A stretch of 64,000 bases of DNA, taken from positions 128,001 to 192,000 of the forward strand of contig CAWHAE010000018.1 of assembly GCA_963827235.1 (NCBI GenBank), in the 5' to 3' direction. The notes under the pieces are model-generated. The model did not search any database. It was not told the origin of the DNA and saw only the letters and a program-made list of their open reading frames with translations. Each line of letters opens with the position of its first letter. Position 1 is the stretch's first letter. Origin of the DNA: an uncultured bacterium (lineage in GTDB: Bacteria > Chloroflexota > UBA5177 > JANWHV01). Made by a program: the position numbers and the translations under genes. This document shows positions 58,286-64,000 of the stretch, one piece after another.

Positions 58286-61267
58286 TTACAACGTGGTGCG
58301 GCTGACCTGGAGCGCCTTGCGGAACTCCTCTGCTGCCTCGCTCGTCTTTCCTTGCCGTGCAAGCAGGAAGCCGAGCTTCCTGTGCAGGTCAGCGCGACTC
58401 GGATCGGCAGCGACCGCGCGTTGCGCGGCGAGAGTCTCGGCAGCCAGCTCGACAGTTGCCGCGCTCTGCGCTTCCGTTCGGACACGCGGTGCGGGAGCAG
58501 GCCTGGGCTGCGCGCCAGCAGATCTCGGCTGCGCCTGAGCCGGCTCAGCAGCAGCTCTACCCGGCACGGATTCCGGCTCTGCCGGCGCAGTCTCGGCTGT
58601 CACCTCCGGCCTTCGGGGACGTGGCACCTCGGGCTCGGCCGCTTGCGACCATGCTGCGGCTGCCCTGTCAACGTAATGGACGGCCGCTGGAGGCAATTCC
58701 TGTTCCGCCTGGTCGCCATGCGTCGAGCTGGGCGTCGCGGCCCTCACCTGAGGTCCCACAGGGGCAGCGGGTGGCGCGTCCACGTCCCGCGAAGGCCCCC
58801 AATCCGGCATCAGCGCCGCGGACCAGGAGAGGTGCTGCGCCCGCGGCTCGCCCGATTCCGTTTGTGCCGCGGCCGGCTGTGGCGGATAGGCAGCACCCAT
58901 TGCAGGCGCGTCGTCCAGGTCGAGCTCCACCGGAGGCGTATTGAGGCTCTGGGTAATCGGCCGCCTGTTGAAGACCTGTGATGCAGGACGCAACGCTTGC
59001 GACGGGGGACGCAACACCTGTGAGGGGGGACGGGACGGCTGCGCAACTGGACGCAGTACCTGCGATGGCGGCCGCGACGTCTGCGACGGCGGGCGTAGGC
59101 CCTCCGAGGGGGGCCGCAATACCTGTGACAGGGGCCGCAGTCCCTGCGAAGGAGGCCGCGATACCGGTGAAGGGGAACGCAAGCCCTGCGAGGGAGGGCG
59201 TGCTCCTTCCTCTTCGGACGGTGATGCCGGGTACGAGGAGAGCTGATCGTCCGGCGCTGGATAGGGTGCCTGCGGCGCTGCCCGAGGCGCTTCCGGCGTG
59301 GCATGGGACACCGGCGCCGGTGCTCGCGGCGTTTCCAGCGCCAGGTACGGCACCTGCGCCGGGCCGCGCGGTGCCTCGGGCGCGGAATACGCCCGCGCCT
59401 GCTCGTACGGTGCTTCCTGCGCCGCGTGGGACGACGGCGCAGAACTGTACGGTGCTTCCTGTGCCGCATGCGATATCGGCACCGCTGCCTGCGGCGCTTC
59501 CGGCGCCAGGTGCGGCATCTGCGCCGGGACGCGAAGCGGCTCGGACGCGGTATAGGCTGCCTGCGACGGTGCGCGGGGCGGATCTGCTGCCGGATAGGCT
59601 GCCTGCGACGGCGCGCGAAGAGGTTCGGGCCCGGGAGAGTGCGCCTGCGACGGCGCGCGCGGCGGCTCTGCCGCTGGATGCTGCACATGCGGCCCTGGGC
59701 GCGGCTCTTCCGGCGCAGGGTACGGCATCGGCACGGGCTGACGCGGTGCTTCGGACACGGGATAGTGCACCTGTAGTTCCGGACGAGACTCTTCCGCCGC
59801 GGGATACGCGGGCGGCAAATGCGCGCGCTGCGCCTCCTGCCCCTGGTACGGCGCGTCCGCGGAGTCGCGGAATGGTGCCTCCCGGGCCAGCTTGAGCCGC
59901 TGTTCGAGGCTGAGGGCCGTGCCCAGCTCCTGCGCCACGGGAGCCACGGGCGCCTGTGGCGGCAATCCGGCTTCCGGGAATGGGGTCAGGTGCGGCATGG
60001 CCGCCTGCTCGGTGGACGCAGGGCCCGGCCGGCTCTCCGCGGCACCCGCCGGTGGCCAGGCGCTCAGGCCCGGCTCGAACGTCGTCGTCAGGGTCGGAGT
60101 CGCGAGAGTGGGCACCGGCATCGCCGGCACGGCGATGCTCGGCACCGAGGCTTGCTCCAGCGCCACGACCTCGTCGGGTGCCGGCGGAAGCATGGCGGAC
60201 TCGGAGGGCAGCCTCTCCGACATCGGTGCCGCCGTTGCCGGACGAATCTCGATTTCCTCGATATCTTCCTGCACCATATCCCAGGCCGGAGCGGCGAGCT
60301 GAACCGTGCTCAGCTGCATTTCCATCTCCGCCTCTTCCCGCTGCCCGAGAGACTCGTAGACCTTGGCAAGGTGATAGTGGTGAATTCCGTTATCGGGGTC
60401 CAGGGAGATGGCCCGCTGTAATGCAGCCACCGCCTCCTTGCCCTTGTTGGAGCGGTGCAGTGCGCGGCCCAGCAGATTGGCCACGCCCGGATCACCCGGC
60501 TGCAATGCGGCGGCCTTCTTCGCCGCGGTAAGGGCGCCGTGCCGGTCTCCACGCGCCAGGGCAAGCCTGCCAATGTGATAGTGGGCCTCCGGGTGCTGTG
60601 GTACCGCGGAGACTATACGCGCCAGCAGTGCCTCGGCCTCGCGGTAATTGCCGTCGTGTTCCAGGAGCGTTGCCGCCTCGAGCATAGCGATATGGTCGTG
60701 CTGGTTGATCCTGAGGCCCTTCTCATGCCGTGTCATCTCCTGTGCCTGCGATTCCGCCGTGGACTTCAGCAGCTGCTGCACTCCCGCCGCGTCGTACGTC
60801 TCGAGCTGCAGAGATGACACCGGCTTTCTGCGTCCATCACGGACCACGAACGTGGCTTTGTCGACCCAGTAACCGACATAGATGAGCTGGCCGATGTCGC
60901 AGATGGTGATGCCGACCGCACCCCGCCGCTGCAAGCGCAGGCCCAGCGCGCGGAAAAACACGTCGAAGCCCATCGGGCAGACGGCGTGCTTCTTGTCTCG
61001 CTTGTCCCCGCCACGCAGCAGGACGCCCGCCTTGCCGGAAGTAGTACCCTCGAAAGCGCCTTGCAAGCCGAGCAGATCGGCATGGTGAACGGTCAGAGTG
61101 ACGGGGCTGTTCCAGCGGTTCTCAGTAAAGTAGATGATCAGGAAGCCTGTCTCCACCTCGGCGATGATCGCACGCGATGCCCGCTGCTGGTTGAGATACT
61201 CGCCCAGCACCGGAAGGCACTGCTGATACGATGGGATCGATCCAGCGATCCGGGCCGCATCTACCAT
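58286..61267 (-). CDS. TPR protein with long Pro/Ala-rich repeat linker
   Basis: TPRs (PQHPEAHYHIGRL, ALQRAISLDPDN..HYHLAKVY, C-terminal LHRKLGFLL..EAAEEFRKAL); GGGAGG RBS. Confidence 0.85.
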   Translation of the reverse strand: MVDAARIAGSIPSYQQCLPVLGEYLNQQRASRAIIAEVETGFLIIYFTENRWNSPVTLTVHHADLLGLQGAFEGTTSGKAGVLLRGGDKRDKKHAVCPMGFDVFFRALGLRLQRRGAVGITICDIGQLIYVGYWVDKATFVVRDGRRKPVSSLQLETYDAAGVQQLLKSTAESQAQEMTRHEKGLRINQHDHIAMLEAATLLEHDGNYREAEALLARIVSAVPQHPEAHYHIGRLALARGDRHGALTAAKKAAALQPGDPGVANLLGRALHRSNKGKEAVAALQRAISLDPDNGIHHYHLAKVYESLGQREEAEMEMQLSTVQLAAPAWDMVQEDIEEIEIRPATAAPMSERLPSESAMLPPAPDEVVALEQASVPSIAVPAMPVPTLATPTLTTTFEPGLSAWPPAGAAESRPGPASTEQAAMPHLTPFPEAGLPPQAPVAPVAQELGTALSLEQRLKLAREAPFRDSADAPYQGQEAQRAHLPPAYPAAEESRPELQVHYPVSEAPRQPVPMPYPAPEEPRPGPHVQHPAAEPPRAPSQAHSPGPEPLRAPSQAAYPAADPPRAPSQAAYTASEPLRVPAQMPHLAPEAPQAAVPISHAAQEAPYSSAPSSHAAQEAPYEQARAYSAPEAPRGPAQVPYLALETPRAPAPVSHATPEAPRAAPQAPYPAPDDQLSSYPASPSEEEGARPPSQGLRSPSPVSRPPSQGLRPLSQVLRPPSEGLRPPSQTSRPPSQVLRPVAQPSRPPSQVLRPPSQALRPASQVFNRRPITQSLNTPPVELDLDDAPAMGAAYPPQPAAAQTESGEPRAQHLSWSAALMPDWGPSRDVDAPPAAPVGPQVRAATPSSTHGDQAEQELPPAAVHYVDRAAAAWSQAAEPEVPRPRRPEVTAETAPAEPESVPGRAAAEPAQAQPRSAGAQPRPAPAPRVRTEAQSAATVELAAETLAAQRAVAADPSRADLHRKLGFLLARQGKTSEAAEEFRKALQVSRTTL
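58970..59200 (-). repeat. Eleven tandem 21-bp coding repeats (RPPSQxL)
   Basis: RPPSQGL RSPSPVS RPPSQGL RPLSQVL RPPSEGL RPPSQTS RPPSQVL RPVAQPS RPPSQVL RPPSQAL RPASQVF. Confidence 0.9.
59250..59810 (-). repeat. Degenerate ~42-bp coding repeats (about 14 aa, EAPRAPSQAxYPAx); boundaries approximate
   Basis: EPPRAPSQAHSPGP, EPLRAPSQAAYPAA, DPPRAPSQAAYTAS, ETPRAPAPVSHATP and similar units. Confidence 0.75.
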
Positions 61268-61657
61268 TGGGCTTCCCTCCCGCCGCGTGCTGCCGCGTGG
61301 CCGTCGCGTGCGAAGTGACTCGACTGTAGACACCGTATTGCTCCAGGTACGCCCTGTCAATAGCAGGGGCGATGCAGGACCCCCGGGGGCAGGCGCCCCA
61401 CCTGAGGACTAGCCCGAATGACCCATATCTCCAGCCGGGACCACCTCCTACAATCAGGGTTGTCCAGACTTTGCTGTCGGCCACGGCGTTGCCTTGACGG
61501 CATATTGAATGCCATGATGCCCCAGGCTCGCGGTGCTCGATCAGCCGATCAGAAGCAGTGGGACAACCTAGTTGGTTGGGCCTCTATCCGCGCCGGAAGC
61601 GGGAAGCCTCGGGAATATGATCGTGCAAGCACAGCCCTGTTGCGGAGGCCGCCGCCG

Positions 61658-62131
61658 ATGACCGACACAGCCGCCGACCAGGCCGCGCCGGCAGTCATCT
61701 TTACCCTCCGCACCCGGCTGTTCGCACTCGAGCAGCACGGTACTGCCACGCTGCTTCCCTGGCTTCAGCGCTACACGGCAGCAAGCCCCATTCCCGGTCT
61801 GCCCCCATGGTCGCTTGGACTGCTCAACGTTCGCGGCACGGTGCAAATGGCCGTGGATCTCGGTTGTCTGCTCGGTTTTGAACAGTCGGCCCCAGGCCCC
61901 GAAAACCGACTGATCTTCGTCGAGCTCGGTCCGGTTCAGCTGGGACTGCTCGTCGATTCGGAGATTGGAGTCCGCTATCTGCAGGCGGCCGACGAGCCCC
62001 CTCCCGACCAGAACATACCATTTGTGAGCAGGGCCGCGACCCTCGACGGGCAGCCGCTCCTGGTGCTGGACGGTGCCGCCATGATCCGGCACGTTGCGGA
62101 CCAGCTCAGCGCGCCGGCGCACGTCTCATGA
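61658..62131 (+). CDS. cheW: CheW-family chemosensory adaptor
   Basis: PIPGLPPWSLGLLNVRG...AVDL..LLG, GLLVD, LLVLD; GGAGG RBS. Confidence 0.92.
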   Translation: MTDTAADQAAPAVIFTLRTRLFALEQHGTATLLPWLQRYTAASPIPGLPPWSLGLLNVRGTVQMAVDLGCLLGFEQSAPGPENRLIFVELGPVQLGLLVDSEIGVRYLQAADEPPPDQNIPFVSRAATLDGQPLLVLDGAAMIRHVADQLSAPAHVS

Positions 62132-64000
62132 CCGGCGACCAGAACGACGGCAGTGTGACTGGACCTCTCTTCGACCGCCGGCCGGTATCGGGGCAGGATG
62201 AGCAGCGGATGCAGCACCTGGCGGACGACGCTCTGGCGCAGGCGGCCGCCAGGAGACAGCTGCTCGAGCAGTGGCTGCTGCCGCGCAACTGGCCGTTTCG
62301 CTTCAAGGCGAACGCGGGCATGATCCTGCTCGGTCTCGTGCCGCTCCTGCTGGCTACGGTGCTCATTGCCGGCCACGCCGATAGCGTGATTAATGGTGAC
62401 CAGACGAGGGCGCTTCAGAACCAGACCGCAGCAACGGCGGCGGTAGTCGGCGACGTGATCGGCGGCGACGTGATTGCCATGCAGGCCGTGGCTACCAGCA
62501 GCACGGTCGTGAGGATCGCCGGTGCGGCACAGAGTCAGGCTGCCCGTACCCTGCCCGCGCTGTCGCCGACCCAGGATGAGGCACTGTACGTCGTGGCTCC
62601 CGCCGGCAACGTTATCGCCTCTAGCCGGCCGGCGCTGGTCGGGCATGCCGCGCGCGGCGTCCCGGCGGCGCGGCAAGCCATGGACGGACGGCAGCCCGTG
62701 GCAGTGCTCGGAAAGCCGTTGGCCGGGGACGCGCCGACGCTCTCCGTGGCCGTGCCGATCATGCGCGGATCGACCCTCCTCGGTGCCGCGGTCGGCGAGT
62801 TCAATCCCTCGAGCCTGTTGCTGGCGCTGAACAAGGGCAGCGGCAGCAGCACGGTCGCCGACACCTTGCTTGCCGCCGATGGCCGGGCGGTCGTGGGCGG
62901 CACGCTGCCCCAAGGTGGGCCCGTCACGCTGATGGGCGGCAACGAGCCGGTCTCCGTGAAGGCAGAAGCGGCGTTCGCCGCTCTCAAGTCCGGCCAGCCT
63001 GTCCAGCTTGCCGACGGCTCCTGGGCCGCGGGCGTGATCCCGGGTGACTCCCGAGCGGGTGGCGACGTCGTGCTCGTGGCGCCCAACTACTATTTGCCGG
63101 AAGCTAGCCTGGATAGCCCGTGGCTGAAAGCGGCTCTTGCCGTCCTCGCTCTTCTCCTGGTTGCCGCGACTGTGTGGTTCACTCGCCAGCTCGCACGACC
63201 CTTGGAGAGCGTGGCGCGCGTGCTGGCCATGGTGCGCGCCGGCAACTTCGGGGTGCGCACGGACGTTGATCAGCACGACGAGATCGGGCAGATCGCCTCC
63301 ACGGTCGATCTGCTGATTGGCCGCACGCAGACCATGGTACGGAATCTTGACAACCAGCGCGCCGAGCTCGAGAACGGCGTCATCCAGCTCTTCACCGAGC
63401 TGTCGGAAGCGGCGAGCGGCGATCTGACCGTCAAGCCGACCATGAGCGAGGGCTCGCTCGGCGCCGTAGCCGATTCGGTCAGCATTCTGCTCGAACGCTT
63501 CAAGAGCACGGTCAAGAGTATCCAGGCAACCGCCAACACCGTGAGCGCCCGCACCTCGACCATCGCGCAGACAATTGGTCAGGTGTCGCAGGAAGCGAGC
63601 CGCCAGGCCGAGCAGTTGACCGCCAGCGCTGAAGCAATTGCCGAGATGGCCGAGTCCGCCGAGACCGTCAGCCAGCGGACCCGTTCGGCCAACGACGTCG
63701 CCGGGCAAGCAGTGGAAGCGGTGAACAGCGGAAACAGTGCCGTGACGGTCGCGCGTGACGCGGTCCGGCGGACGTCGGAGACGTCGAAGAAGGCCGCGCG
63801 CGAGGTGAAGAGCCTGGGAGAGAGCGCCCAGCTGATGGGCAATGCCTTGCTCCTCGTCCAGCACAACACCGAAGAGCTGCACATGATCGCCGGCAACGCC
63901 TCGATCGAGGCCGCTCGCTTTGCCGACAGCGGCGGCGTGTTCCGCACGGTGGCCGATTCGATCGAGCAGCTTGCCCAGCAGTCTCAGGAAGCGCTACGCC
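62128..64000 (+). CDS. Methyl-accepting chemotaxis protein (PilJ-like), runs off the window end
   Basis: Missing from the ORF track (no stop in window). ATGA overlap with cheW; two TMs, HAMP (RPLE..DEIGQIA), second HAMP-like GDLTV, signalling tip NASIEAAR. Confidence 0.9.
   Translation, partial: MTGDQNDGSVTGPLFDRRPVSGQDEQRMQHLADDALAQAAARRQLLEQWLLPRNWPFRFKANAGMILLGLVPLLLATVLIAGHADSVINGDQTRALQNQTAATAAVVGDVIGGDVIAMQAVATSSTVVRIAGAAQSQAARTLPALSPTQDEALYVVAPAGNVIASSRPALVGHAARGVPAARQAMDGRQPVAVLGKPLAGDAPTLSVAVPIMRGSTLLGAAVGEFNPSSLLLALNKGSGSSTVADTLLAADGRAVVGGTLPQGGPVTLMGGNEPVSVKAEAAFAALKSGQPVQLADGSWAAGVIPGDSRAGGDVVLVAPNYYLPEASLDSPWLKAALAVLALLLVAATVWFTRQLARPLESVARVLAMVRAGNFGVRTDVDQHDEIGQIASTVDLLIGRTQTMVRNLDNQRAELENGVIQLFTELSEAASGDLTVKPTMSEGSLGAVADSVSILLERFKSTVKSIQATANTVSARTSTIAQTIGQVSQEASRQAEQLTASAEAIAEMAESAETVSQRTRSANDVAGQAVEAVNSGNSAVTVARDAVRRTSETSKKAAREVKSLGESAQLMGNALLLVQHNTEELHMIAGNASIEAARFADSGGVFRTVADSIEQLAQQSQEALR

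Noticed and set aside
58970-59810. Periodic repeats as a possible CRISPR array
   Set aside because: Degenerate, in-frame multiples of 3 with no unique spacers and no cas genes; they are coding repeats.
61540-61625. Possible c-di-GMP riboswitch upstream of cheW
   Set aside because: GAAGCAGTG..GGGC is only a fragmentary resemblance; class I and class II conserved cores were not found.
61975-63882. 635-aa minus-strand ORF
   Set aside because: Shadow of the plus-strand MCP that the ORF track missed.

Overview
High-GC bacterial chromosomal window; gene content suggests a Chloroflexota-like soil lineage (inference only). No rRNA, tRNA, CRISPR array or intact mobile element was recognised. In order it holds: (1) the end of an ABC-2 permease plus a DesK/DesR-like two-component pair, an LLM oxidoreductase, NAD-dependent formate dehydrogenase, an orphan FGGY kinase, a decayed S53 protease, an MFS transporter and an SH3 lipoprotein; (2) a ~17 kb rhamnoside/sugar-acid locus with a GH106-like hydrolase, LacI, an ABC transporter whose permease is fused to a beta-propeller, two large unknown proteins, an RhmD-like dehydratase and an MDR dehydrogenase; (3) an operon of divergent HisD and HisB paralogues with a TauA/SsuA-type ABC importer, SDR and Ldh_2 oxidoreductase behind a long structured leader; (4) a ~15 kb cluster of MarR, MoxR, DUF58 and BatA/vWA genes interleaved with two secreted PQQ-type propellers, each paired with a small paralogous secreted beta-rich protein; one PQQ protein is fused to a sulfocyanin-type blue-copper domain and the other lacks the canonical metal ligands; (5) recG, a frameshifted CCA-adding enzyme, a Cys-rich protein, a repeat-rich TPR protein and the start of a cheW-MCP operon. 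Best candidates for an undescribed system are (4), then (3). All family calls are motif recognition by eye, not database searches.
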